64,000 nucleotides of DNA from Minisyncoccota bacterium (GTDB lineage: Bacteria; Patescibacteriota; Minisyncoccia; Phycocordibacterales; Phycocordibacteraceae), in NCBI GenBank assembly GCA_036399335.1, contig DASWNF010000014.1:108033-172032 (forward strand). The letters are read 5' to 3'. A program made the translations under genes and the position numbers. Below are positions 27,290 through 36,471 of the stretch, piece after piece. Numbering within the stretch: position 1 is the first letter of the stretch; every line of letters starts with the position of its first letter. Below the pieces are notes generated by a model, which did not search any database, had not been told where the DNA came from, and worked only from the letters and a program-made list of their open reading frames with translations.

Positions 27290-28696
27290 TTATGTCTCGC
27301 ACGAAGCGGCAAGGCGTCTCATTTCTGAATAGAAACTGCCGGGGCGTGCGTCTCCAGTGTCTGCTGCTTCCACTTCGCCTTGGGCGAGCGCGCTTAAACC
27401 GCGCATAAGCGCCTGGAAACGACTGACAAGCGCATTTACGGCAACAGGGTCGTTCGCGCCCGAGGTAACCATCGCATTCTTATCGGTTTCTATCCGGTCG
27501 AGTTCGGCAAGCGTACGGTTCGCCTCGGCAAGCCGCTCGGTTGCGCGTCCGTATATGGCATCTGCTGCCTCACGGTCTCCGCCGGTGCACCGTTGTCGGG
27601 CAGCGTTGGCTGCGTCGGCGATGCGCTGCCAGTCCGCCCGGTATTTCGTAACCTGGCTCCGCACGTCCCGGATGCCTTCCGTAAACCCGGAGCTGAGGCT
27701 CGCTGAGAAATCAGTCGCACTACTGAGGAACGAGCGGCCACCTCCGCTCGTAGGCTCGGACACTCCTGAAAGCCCGTTCCCGCCAAGGACCTTGCCCACC
27801 ATCTGGGTCATAAGGGCTCCGACTATCTCATTTATGGAATCTGCGACCTCGAGTTGCCGCAAGGGCGAGTTGACGGTGATGCCAAGAGTTTCTTCAATCA
27901 TCGCGCCTGGAGTTCGGATACTGCATTTGGCATTCGGCTCCTTCTGTTGTAGCGAAACCTTATTATTGGCGACAGATTTGCCGCCTGCAGTCGTTGCGCT
28001 GGCAGCGGACTTGTTGGCTGCGGCGATGGTCTTAGCCGGATCTGCATTCGGCCCGCACGGACCGCGCCATGAAAGGAAGCCGTTGCCCCAACCGAGTTCG
28101 GTCATCCGGGTCTCAAGCTGTTTGTCGACTTCTGCAAAGAGTTCCCGGCGTGCGAGCTGGTACCTGCCGTACGGGTTGTTTGCCGGGTTCTGGCTCTCGC
28201 ACATCCATCCATCAAGCGAGAAGTCCCCGCCGCCGTAGCAGTCGCGATACGGGTGCCGCGCATCAAATCCGTAGCTGCTCGTTGTGCGGTAGAACTCATC
28301 GCGGAGCGCATTGCGGAGTTGGTCCTGGAACGGTGCGCGTATGGAAAGGCCGGTGTTGTCGACGGCGACCTTGTCGAGGCCATAGATGAAGTCATCGGCA
28401 ATGGTGTCGGCAAGGTTCCCGAGGTTGCGGTTTAAATCGGTTACGAAGGCGGGCGAACCCTGGAAACCAGAGTTTATCCACGTAACAATGCTCTGGGTCA
28501 TCGACTGGATGATGGTTTTCGCAGCCATCCATGCGGCAGCGTCGAGCACCTGTTCAAGGAGGCGCGGCGCGTCGCCGACGATAGCTACGGGGAGGGCGTG
28601 CGCCTTCGGGGTTACGGGAGCGTACGGTGCGTACGCGAAAGATGCCACGAGAATGGTGCACGCCACACCTGCGAATGTTTTCTTTAAGGTGTTCAT
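27290..28696 (-). CDS. secreted hypothetical protein (468 aa)
   Basis: Signal peptide; start overlaps the upstream gene stop by 4 nt (ATGA). Confidence 0.55.
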   Translation of the reverse strand: MNTLKKTFAGVACTILVASFAYAPYAPVTPKAHALPVAIVGDAPRLLEQVLDAAAWMAAKTIIQSMTQSIVTWINSGFQGSPAFVTDLNRNLGNLADTIADDFIYGLDKVAVDNTGLSIRAPFQDQLRNALRDEFYRTTSSYGFDARHPYRDCYGGGDFSLDGWMCESQNPANNPYGRYQLARRELFAEVDKQLETRMTELGWGNGFLSWRGPCGPNADPAKTIAAANKSAASATTAGGKSVANNKVSLQQKEPNAKCSIRTPGAMIEETLGITVNSPLRQLEVADSINEIVGALMTQMVGKVLGGNGLSGVSEPTSGGGRSFLSSATDFSASLSSGFTEGIRDVRSQVTKYRADWQRIADAANAARQRCTGGDREAADAIYGRATERLAEANRTLAELDRIETDKNAMVTSGANDPVAVNALVSRFQALMRGLSALAQGEVEAADTGDARPGSFYSEMRRLAASCET

Positions 28697-29685
28697 TGCT
28701 CTTGTTCGCGACGCACGGTGTCGACAATATAGAACCCGGGATTCCCCGGTAGCGGTTCACCCTGAAGAATCACTTCTCCGGCAATTTGGTCGAACGAGAG
28801 AAGGATATCGGTTCGTGCGGGGAGGAGTACCGAGAGCGCTCCCATCGTGAGGAGGGGGTCAGTCTTGTACGTGCTTACGGCCTTAGCTGCACGCCCCGCT
28901 TGTTCGAAGGCGCGCACGAGACGGAGGTGGCTTTCGACGAGTCCCGGGGGCGCAGGAACGGCGAGAAGCGCGCGCGCCGCGGCGAGGTATTGTCCGCCGA
29001 GGACATCAAGCCGTTCGGCTGCGGCCTCGTCGCCCTGCTCTATGACCGCTTGGGTAAGGAGGAACATGTCCGAGTTAGGTGCCGTGGGAATAGCAATATC
29101 GAGCGCCCGTTCCACATTGCCCGCATAGGTCGTTGCTGAGCCGAAGGCGTCAGTGCGCATCGATACCCGTGTGTACGAGGACGTAAGGGAGGCTGCCGCC
29201 TTGCGGGTGAACTCACCGAGGAGCTTCGTTACGACCGCCTCTTTAGAGGAATCATCGAGGGGCTCCCCGGTATTTGCGCGCATGTACTCCTCAAAGAACG
29301 ACCGTGAGAATTGCTCCGTGAAGCTTCCCGGTGCCGGCGGTTCGCCGGGGATGTCTTCGGTCGCCGCGTTGTTTGTCGGGAGTTCAGCAGCGAGCGAAAC
29401 CGGCGTTAGGAGCCCTTGGCGTACCGCCTCTCCGTCCGTAATGCCGTCGCCGTCCGTATCCGCAGTATTGCTGTCGGTGCCGTACAGCACTTCTTGCCAG
29501 TCGGGAAGCTTGTCGTTGTCCGTGTCTTTTGCGACGTAATCAGCAAGGAGTTCGTCAGTCAGTGCGGCGTTAACCGTCTTAGTATTCGGCGCACCGATAC
29601 CCGGGAGAACATACCCTCCTACGACAAGAAGCAGGGCAATAAGTGATGCTCCACCGATGCGCACATTTCGTGAAGATATGGGCAT
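28693..29685 (-). CDS. membrane-anchored protein with Ca-binding-like DxDxDG repeats, first gene of the operon
   Basis: N-terminal TM; DTDNDKLPDW and DTDGDGITDGEA motifs. Confidence 0.5.
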   Translation of the reverse strand: MPISSRNVRIGGASLIALLLVVGGYVLPGIGAPNTKTVNAALTDELLADYVAKDTDNDKLPDWQEVLYGTDSNTADTDGDGITDGEAVRQGLLTPVSLAAELPTNNAATEDIPGEPPAPGSFTEQFSRSFFEEYMRANTGEPLDDSSKEAVVTKLLGEFTRKAAASLTSSYTRVSMRTDAFGSATTYAGNVERALDIAIPTAPNSDMFLLTQAVIEQGDEAAAERLDVLGGQYLAAARALLAVPAPPGLVESHLRLVRAFEQAGRAAKAVSTYKTDPLLTMGALSVLLPARTDILLSFDQIAGEVILQGEPLPGNPGFYIVDTVRREQEQ

Positions 29686-29876
29686 AAATGCTAGGTAAAT
29701 ACTAGCATGAACAGGTCATGAATGTGGAAAACAGGTGTACAACGTTGTATAACTCATCTGACAACCACCTAATAAACATAGGGACAGCTCTGTATAAGTG
29801 CCCCTATCGCAGGGCATACTGAGTGGAAACCTTGGGGATAAAACCTTCCAAACCCGAAAAAGCGGGGATACGTGAC

Positions 29877-30668
29877 CTATTTTATGTAGGAAAGAAGCCG
29901 CAACCAGTCGGCCAGGGATAAGTCTTCCGAGCGGGTCTTTTCGGAAATGTTTGCGGTGGCAAGTGATTTACGTACGTGCTCCGGAGGATAATGGAGCGCG
30001 AGGTTGCCGCCTAATTGCTTGCGTTTGTGCGCAAACCCGGCGCGAACTAGGTTGAAGAACGCGGATTCCCCTTCGGCATTCGCGAAAGCGTCCGGGTTAA
30101 TGTCCCGAATGGCCAATACTGCGGAGTCTACGTTTGGCGCCGGGCGAAATGCGCCGCGGGGCACCGTAAAGCAGTATTCAGGCTTCCCGAATACCTTTAC
30201 CGATAGCGAAAGGAGGCTTTCTTTGGGCCGTTTTTCGTCCAAGCGGGCGATGCGCTCAGCGACCTCCTTCTGTACCAGGAGCGTCATCGATTGGGGCTTG
30301 TTAGGCGCCGTCAGGAAGGTGCGGATGATCTCACCGGTAATGTAGTACGGGATATTGGCTATAAGGGCATACGGGCGTGGGAGCGAAGCGGTGTCGAAAG
30401 CCCGGATATCCTCATGGATAACCGTTAGCTTCCCTGCCCCGATTTCGCTTGCAAAGGTTTCCCGTAAGGGCGCGATGAGTTCATCGTCAGCCTCCACGGC
30501 TATCACGCGGTAGCCAGCCCCGAGGAGCGCGCGCGTGAGCATACCCGTTCCGGGACCGATCTCGAGCACGGGGACGCCTGCGGGTACCTGCGCAACGTTT
30601 ACGATACGTTCCGCGATTTGCGGATGCATGAGGAAGTTTTGACCGAGTGACTTTTTTGGGAGCGGCAT
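29877..30668 (-). CDS. rsmA: 16S rRNA (adenine1518/1519-N6)-dimethyltransferase RsmA/KsgA
   Basis: SLGQNFL and LEIGPGTGMLT SAM motifs; start set at the internal Met MPLPKK, which abuts the uvrD stop; the 5' ORF extension overlaps uvrD and is rejected. Confidence 0.85.
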   Translation of the reverse strand: MPLPKKSLGQNFLMHPQIAERIVNVAQVPAGVPVLEIGPGTGMLTRALLGAGYRVIAVEADDELIAPLRETFASEIGAGKLTVIHEDIRAFDTASLPRPYALIANIPYYITGEIIRTFLTAPNKPQSMTLLVQKEVAERIARLDEKRPKESLLSLSVKVFGKPEYCFTVPRGAFRPAPNVDSAVLAIRDINPDAFANAEGESAFFNLVRAGFAHKRKQLGGNLALHYPPEHVRKSLATANISEKTRSEDLSLADWLRLLSYIK

Positions 30669-30669
30669 A

Positions 30670-32595
30670 TTAGATGTGGATGACGTCTTCGTATTCGGTA
30701 TCCCCCGATTCAAGGAACGACACGAGGGACGGGTCGATGTCGCGCAGGAAGTTCGAAGGCTCGGAGAAGTATTCGGTACCGTAGATGCGGCGTACGCGCG
30801 CAAGCGTGAGCACGAGACGCTTGCGCGCACGCGTGACGGCGACATAAAAGAGCCGCCGCTCTTCTTCCTCATCGCGCTCCTCTTCGTTCATGCCCTCATG
30901 CGGGAAGAGCCCCTCCTCCAGCCCGGTAACGAAGACGAGATCGAATTCGAGCCCCTTCGCCGCGTGTACCGTCATCAAGGTCGCACCTTTCTTCTTCTGG
31001 TCGCGGTCCATCTCGTCCTGGTCGCTGGCGAGCGCCGAGTCGGCAAGGAAGCTGGCAAGACCCTCCTTCCCCGGAAGGTGGTCGTGCCGGCTCGCGAGCG
31101 CACCGAGCTCGCGGATGTTCTCAAGGCGGTCCTGGCCCTCCTCCCCTTCCTTGAGGAGCGCCGTCTCCATCCCGCTTTTCTCAAGCACGAGCTTCACGAA
31201 TGCCGAGGGCGGAGTCGCTTCTGCCGCTGCCGACAACTCCGCAACAACCTTCTCGAAGTCGCCGACTTTGGCGCGCTCTGCAGGACGGAGCGTATCGAGT
31301 TTCCCTGCCGTTATCTTGCCGAGCGTAACTTTACCGATGCCGCGCGGGGGCGATTGTACGGCGCGAATACGGTCTATATCGCGCCCGGGCTCAAGCGCGA
31401 GGCGAGCCCAGGCGAGTACGTCCTTCACTTCCTTACGGTCGAAGAAGCGCGTACCGAGAAGCCGGTACGGTATCCCTGCATGGAGGAATGCTTCCTCAAG
31501 CGCGCGCGACTGCGCGTTCGTCCTATATAAGACGGCGACCTCCTCGGAAGGGGTTCCGTTCCGTATTGCTTGGCGTGCCTCGCGCGCGACCCATCCCGCT
31601 TCAAGTTCGGCGGTGTCGGCTGCATGCACGGTGATGCGCTCGCCATCGGGGTTGTCGGTTACGGAACGTTTCTCTTTGCGGTTCCGGTTCTTCTCGATGA
31701 TGTCGTTCGCGGCGGCAACGATGGTCTTCGTTGAGCGGTAGTTATGTTCGAGCACGACATGCTTCGCGTCGGGATAGGTCTCCTCGAACTTAAGGAGGTT
31801 ATCGATAGTCGCGCCCCGCCAAGTGTAAATCGACTGGTCGATGTCGCCGACAACGAATACGTTCCTGCGCTCTCCCGCAATGAGGCCGACAAGCCGCGCC
31901 TGGAGCTCATTCGTGTCCTGGTACTCGTCGATGTGCAGGTGGGTGAAGCGCTCTTGTACGAGCGTACGCACGTCATCGTGCCGCTCAAGAAGGCGTACAG
32001 GAAGGAGAATGAGGTCATCAAAGTCGAGCGCCTTCTCCTTCTTGAGCGTTTCCTCGTACTTAACCCAGACTTCGCTTGTGACGCGCGAACGGAAGCTTTC
32101 CCTTCCGTGCTTTTCACGGAACTCGGCGAGCGACATGCCTTCGCCCTTCGCTTTTGAGATGCGCCCGAGGATAGCTGCCGGCGGCACTTCCTTCGGGTCG
32201 ATGTCGAGCTCCTTGAGGGCCGTGCGCACGGCGCTCTTAGAATCGTCGCGGTCAAAAACACAGAAATAGCGCGGAATTCCCATCGCGGCACCGTACGTCT
32301 GGAGCAATTCGCGTCCAAGCCCGTGGAACGTCGCGAGTAACGGCAGGGGCGTGTCCGGAAGGCGCTGTTGGAGGCGTTCGCGCATCTCTCGCGCAGCCTT
32401 ATTGGTAAAGGTTACAGCAAGGATCCGTTCGGGAAGTACGCCTTCGCGTATGAGATGGTAGATGCGGGTCGTAAGGACGGAGGTTTTTCCCGAACCGGCA
32501 CCGGCAAGTACAGAAACGGGCCCCTGAGTAGCAAGTACAGCCTCTTTTTGGCGGGCATTCAGGCGCACAAGGTACTCTGGCTCTCGGGTATCCAC
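30670..32595 (-). CDS. UvrD/PcrA-family ATP-dependent DNA helicase
   Basis: 641 aa; Walker A AGAGSGKT; helicase motifs I-VI. Confidence 0.9.
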   Translation of the reverse strand: MDTREPEYLVRLNARQKEAVLATQGPVSVLAGAGSGKTSVLTTRIYHLIREGVLPERILAVTFTNKAAREMRERLQQRLPDTPLPLLATFHGLGRELLQTYGAAMGIPRYFCVFDRDDSKSAVRTALKELDIDPKEVPPAAILGRISKAKGEGMSLAEFREKHGRESFRSRVTSEVWVKYEETLKKEKALDFDDLILLPVRLLERHDDVRTLVQERFTHLHIDEYQDTNELQARLVGLIAGERRNVFVVGDIDQSIYTWRGATIDNLLKFEETYPDAKHVVLEHNYRSTKTIVAAANDIIEKNRNRKEKRSVTDNPDGERITVHAADTAELEAGWVAREARQAIRNGTPSEEVAVLYRTNAQSRALEEAFLHAGIPYRLLGTRFFDRKEVKDVLAWARLALEPGRDIDRIRAVQSPPRGIGKVTLGKITAGKLDTLRPAERAKVGDFEKVVAELSAAAEATPPSAFVKLVLEKSGMETALLKEGEEGQDRLENIRELGALASRHDHLPGKEGLASFLADSALASDQDEMDRDQKKKGATLMTVHAAKGLEFDLVFVTGLEEGLFPHEGMNEEERDEEEERRLFYVAVTRARKRLVLTLARVRRIYGTEYFSEPSNFLRDIDPSLVSFLESGDTEYEDVIHI

Positions 32596-32758
32596 CTATC
32601 CACTATACCGAGCCTCTCCCGAGGCGTCATCTTTCGGAGTTATACACACTTTATGAAGACTTTTGAGTTTTTGGAACGAGCCCTTAAACCCTAGGTTTTA
32701 GGCCATTACAGTTGAGGTGAAGGGTTCATGAGCCCTTAACTTTAGCCATCGTCAAGAG

Positions 32759-32786
32759 TTGACCCCATTCCCTCGCTGGCTATACT
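32759..32786 (+). promoter_or_regulatory. sigma70-like promoter TTGACC-16 nt-TATACT
   Basis: Near-consensus hexamers upstream of the M23 peptidase gene; a 10-bp stem-loop plus T tract (32815-32852) lies between promoter and start. Confidence 0.5.
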
Positions 32787-32853
32787 AGCCAAGTTGAATG
32801 TGATGCCGTAACTCAAGGAATGGCGTATTTAAATAACTTTAAGTACGCCATTC

Positions 32854-33726
32854 TTGTATTCTGAAGAAACGCTGAACCACCCTTCCTTTCGTATTACGCA
32901 AAACCAAAACCTTTCCGAAGCATCAATTTCCCGTTTCGTTCGGAATGCATATCTAGCGGTTGGTCTTGCCGGCATATCGGCAGCCCTTCTCGGCCTTCTC
33001 ATCCTCTTCTACCCACGTTTCGTTGACGCGAAATGGCTCTTTACGGGCGCCGAGGCAGCTGACGGGAGCGAAATAATCCTCCATGACCCCGGTCTGGCAC
33101 TCCTTGAGGCTGCGGTTAACCCTGACCCGAACCCGACCAAGGACACCCAACTCCTCATTCTCTCCGAAGGGTCTGCCCTTCTTGCCGCAGGCGGTGTCGA
33201 AGGAATCGAGGTTATAACCAAGAGCGAATCTCCTAGCGAGCAGCCTAAGGTTGTTGTTGAGGAAAGGAAGAAAGAAGAAGCTCCGGCCGTTAAAAAAGTT
33301 GAGAAGAAAGTGGCACCGAAGCCCGCAGTCGCGAAGGCAGCGCCTAAGGCCGCCGTTAAGACCAAGGTTTCAGGTACCGGCTACTTCACCAACCCCGTCC
33401 CTGCAGGCCGTAAGTCCCAAGGTATCCATGGCAATAACGCTGTCGACATCGCTGCTCCTGCCGGTACGCCGATTTATGCATCTGCAGCAGGACGCATCAC
33501 CGTCGCAAAGACGGACGGGGGTTACAACAGCGGTTGGGGTAACTACCTGAAGATTTCACACGGTAACGGTGCCCAAACCCTGTACGCCCACATGTCGCGA
33601 GTGGTTGTCGCAAGCGGCTCGGTCGCCAAAGGACAGCTGATCGGCTACGTCGGCAGCACGGGAGAGTCCACGGGCAACCACCTCCATTTCGAGGTATACG
33701 GCGCAAAGAACCCGCTCGCCTACTAA
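32854..33726 (+). CDS. M23 family metallopeptidase (LytM domain) with N-terminal TM and Lys/Ala/Pro-rich linker
   Basis: HxxxD and HLHFE zinc motifs; apparent TTG start. Confidence 0.8.
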   Translation: MYSEETLNHPSFRITQNQNLSEASISRFVRNAYLAVGLAGISAALLGLLILFYPRFVDAKWLFTGAEAADGSEIILHDPGLALLEAAVNPDPNPTKDTQLLILSEGSALLAAGGVEGIEVITKSESPSEQPKVVVEERKKEEAPAVKKVEKKVAPKPAVAKAAPKAAVKTKVSGTGYFTNPVPAGRKSQGIHGNNAVDIAAPAGTPIYASAAGRITVAKTDGGYNSGWGNYLKISHGNGAQTLYAHMSRVVVASGSVAKGQLIGYVGSTGESTGNHLHFEVYGAKNPLAY

Positions 33727-33739
33727 GGAACGAGCAACG

Positions 33740-33770
33740 AAGAAAGGCCCGCATGCGGGCCTTTCTTCGT
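33740..33770. terminator. bidirectional terminator hairpin
   Basis: AAAGAAAGGCCCGCATGCGGGCCTTTCTT. Confidence 0.6.
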
Positions 33771-33772
33771 GC

Positions 33773-35277
33773 TTAGGTGATACCCAGCAAGCCGCGGGGG
33801 CGGTATTGGAGCGCTTCCATGACGTGCGGGGTCTCAACCGTATCGACATCGGCAAGGTCGGCGATTGTCCGCGCTACCCGCATGGCGCGATGGTAGGAGC
33901 GAGGTGAGAGGTCCAGGGTACGGCTTGCGGCAAGCAGTGCCACTTTAGCGGCGCTTGAAAAGCCGGCCGTCTCTAACTGCCGGCCACTTAGCTTTGCGTT
34001 GGCCCCGCCTCGGGCGTTTGCCCGCGCGCGGGCCCGCATGACGCGCATACGGACGCGTACTGAAGGCTCGCCCTGCCCAAGCCCGTGAAGCGTTTCGTGC
34101 GGCACGTGTGGGACTTCTTATCAATGATAGGCCGCGAGAGCCGGCGCGATTGCTTTTCCGCTTCGCGCGCCATGGCGCGGCCGTCGCTCGAGAGCGTCTC
34201 TGCGGGGTTCATGGCGGCCACAAGCATGCAGTCAGCCGGGAAAGTAACGCTTGCCTTCGTACGTGAGACGGTCACTACCCGGTCTTCGAGCGGTTGCCGC
34301 AGCGCCTCGAGCGTACGGGCATCGAATTCCGGGAGCTCGTCCATGAAGAGCACGCCGTTATGCGCGAGCGTCACTTCGCCTGCGCGCGGGTATGCCCCGC
34401 CACCGACTAAGGCCGTATGCGATACCGTGTGGTGCGGACTCCTGAAAGGCGGCAGCCGTACGATGCCGCCCGCAGGCAGCGTGCCCGCAGTCGAATGTAT
34501 GGAAGTCGTCTCTAGCACCTCATCGTCGTTTAAGGGCGGGAGGATGCCTACCAAGGCCCGGGCAAGCGTCGTCTTCCCCGTACCCGGCGGGCCGTAGAGG
34601 ACGAGGTTGTGGCGGCCGGCGGCGGCAATCTCAAGGGCACGCTTCGCCCCTTCCTGGCCCCTAATTTCTGAAAGGTCGAGCGCAGGAGCGTCAGGTCCCT
34701 CGACTTCTTCAGGCACAGAAGGACTAAGCAGGACGCTACCCTTCAGGTGGAGCACCAAGTCGCTGAGCGTAGCTGGCGCATACACGGTGAGGTCGCGGGC
34801 AAGAAGCGCTTCTGCCTGGTTTCCCGGCGGCACGAACACCTCACGCACTCCTGCCCCTGCGGCGCGCATTACTTGCGGTAGGATGCCCCGTACGGCGCGG
34901 AGCGTGCCATCAAGACCGAGCTCTCCTGCGAAGAGCGCAGACCCTTTCGGTAGGCGCACATCCCCGGCCGCAACGAGATAGCAGAGCGCAAGCGGAAGGT
35001 CGTAATGGGAGCCTTCCTTCTTGAGGTCGGCAGGAGAGAGCGAAAGGATAATCCTTTTATTCGATGCCTTCGGTGAGGTAAACCCCGAGTGCCGTATGGC
35101 AGCGGCAATGCGGTCGCGCGCCTCTTCCATCGCCTTATCGGGTAGCCCGATAATACTGAATGCGTGAAGCCCGTGCGTAAGGTCAGCTTCAACGGTAACC
35201 AGACGAGCCCCTGCACCTGTTGGTTGTGCGCATAGGAGTCGCGCATACCCTCGCTCGCTCTTTCTCAGATCGTTCAT
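33773..35277 (-). pseudogene. comM: Mg-chelatase-like competence ATPase ComM/YifB, frameshifted
   Basis: N-terminal 357 aa (Lon-like domain, Walker A GPPGTGKTT, MDELPEF) in ORF 33988..35277; the conserved C-terminus ([16 protein letters not shown]) is in a different frame (ORF 33773..34105) and the Zn-finger region between them is garbled. Confidence 0.6.
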
Positions 35278-35397
35278 ACAATTAGGGTAGCCTCATTCCC
35301 ACCTCGGAAGCTGAATCTTCGGCGGGGAGAAGCCATAGGCCGCATCATAAAAAACACATCCCGCGCAAGCGGGATGTGTTTTTTATAGGCCAAAGGT

Positions 35398-36069
35398 TTA
35401 CAAAACCGGACCCGAGACCGTTTCCGCAGCAACCGTGGGTAGTTCCGTTGTTCCAGCGGGTACGGCAGCGTTCGTGATTATGCGGTACGCATGTGCGAAG
35501 GCGAACATGCTGACCGGTATGGACACGAGAAGCCCGACAATGAACGCGAGTGCACCGAGGAAGTTCACGATGAACACGGTGAGGATGAGCAAGAAGAGCT
35601 TCATTCGGTAGCCCTTGGTGATGCGCCAGCTTTCCTTGGCGGCAGCGACCGGCCCCATACCCTTGTCGACGACTAGGTAGGTCGCGAGCGAAAGCCCCGC
35701 ACCGACGATGATACCGGGAATGATAAGCAGGATAAGGCCTAGGATTACGAGCACGCCGGTGATGATGCTGATTCCCAGGTACCGGAAGTACGCCTCCGGG
35801 TACCATAGGTCCTCAAGCCGCGCAGCCTCGACATCATCATACGCCTTCAGGGTGAAGCGGGTTCCGGCCAAGTAGATGAACTGGTTTAGGAGGAAGGAAA
35901 CGACAAAGACTCCGGCTATAACAAACCACGGGTCGTGGCGGTCAACCGACGGAAGGATAGAGCTTACGACAACAATAAGAAGCGAAACGCCTGCGAAGAA
36001 CCACGGGCGCTTTTTAAACGTCTGCCAGCCATAACGGAAGCACGCGCGCACTGAGAGTGCCGTGTCCAT
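35398..36069 (-). CDS. DUF975-like polytopic membrane protein
   Basis: Start set at the internal Met MDTALSV, which abuts the dksA-like stop; multiple TM helices. Confidence 0.5.
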   Translation of the reverse strand: MDTALSVRACFRYGWQTFKKRPWFFAGVSLLIVVVSSILPSVDRHDPWFVIAGVFVVSFLLNQFIYLAGTRFTLKAYDDVEAARLEDLWYPEAYFRYLGISIITGVLVILGLILLIIPGIIVGAGLSLATYLVVDKGMGPVAAAKESWRITKGYRMKLFLLILTVFIVNFLGALAFIVGLLVSIPVSMFAFAHAYRIITNAAVPAGTTELPTVAAETVSGPVL

Positions 36070-36070
36070 G

Positions 36071-36427
36071 TTACTGGTCGAGGTGCTCCTTGCACGTATC
36101 GGCCGAAGGGTCGACATCGAGGCGTTCTGCCTCGATTTCTTTTTCACATATGCGGCAGGTGCCGTAGCTTCCTGCCTCGAGGCGCGCGAGCGCTCCGGTC
36201 ACTTCGTTATAGCGGATCTCAAGGTCGTTAAGGATAGCCGCGTTCCCGCTGTATTCGGCCATCTGATCGGCGCGCTCATTCGGATCAGGCTGGAACTCGC
36301 TATTAATGGCCGTCGGCTCCCAGTCCTCAGGGTTCGAAGGGTTCCGGCGCCCGACAGTCTTAAGTTCTTCCTCCAGGCGGGCCTTTTCTTCATCGAGGCG
36401 CACGCGGTATTGGCTTTGGTCAGTCAT
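36071..36427 (-). CDS. DksA/TraR-family zinc-finger protein
   Basis: 118 aa acidic coiled-coil plus C-terminal CRICEKEI...DTCKEH finger. Confidence 0.6.
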   Translation of the reverse strand: MTDQSQYRVRLDEEKARLEEELKTVGRRNPSNPEDWEPTAINSEFQPDPNERADQMAEYSGNAAILNDLEIRYNEVTGALARLEAGSYGTCRICEKEIEAERLDVDPSADTCKEHLDQ

Positions 36428-36471
36428 GGCACCAGACTAGCACGTGTCGCCTCTCGGGCGCCATAGTGGCT

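Noticed and set aside
30676-32318. Multiple long ORFs antisense to uvrD (for example 30676..31530, 30890..31741, 31659..32318)
   Set aside because: Typical shadow ORFs of a GC-rich gene; uvrD helicase motifs are unambiguous on the minus strand.
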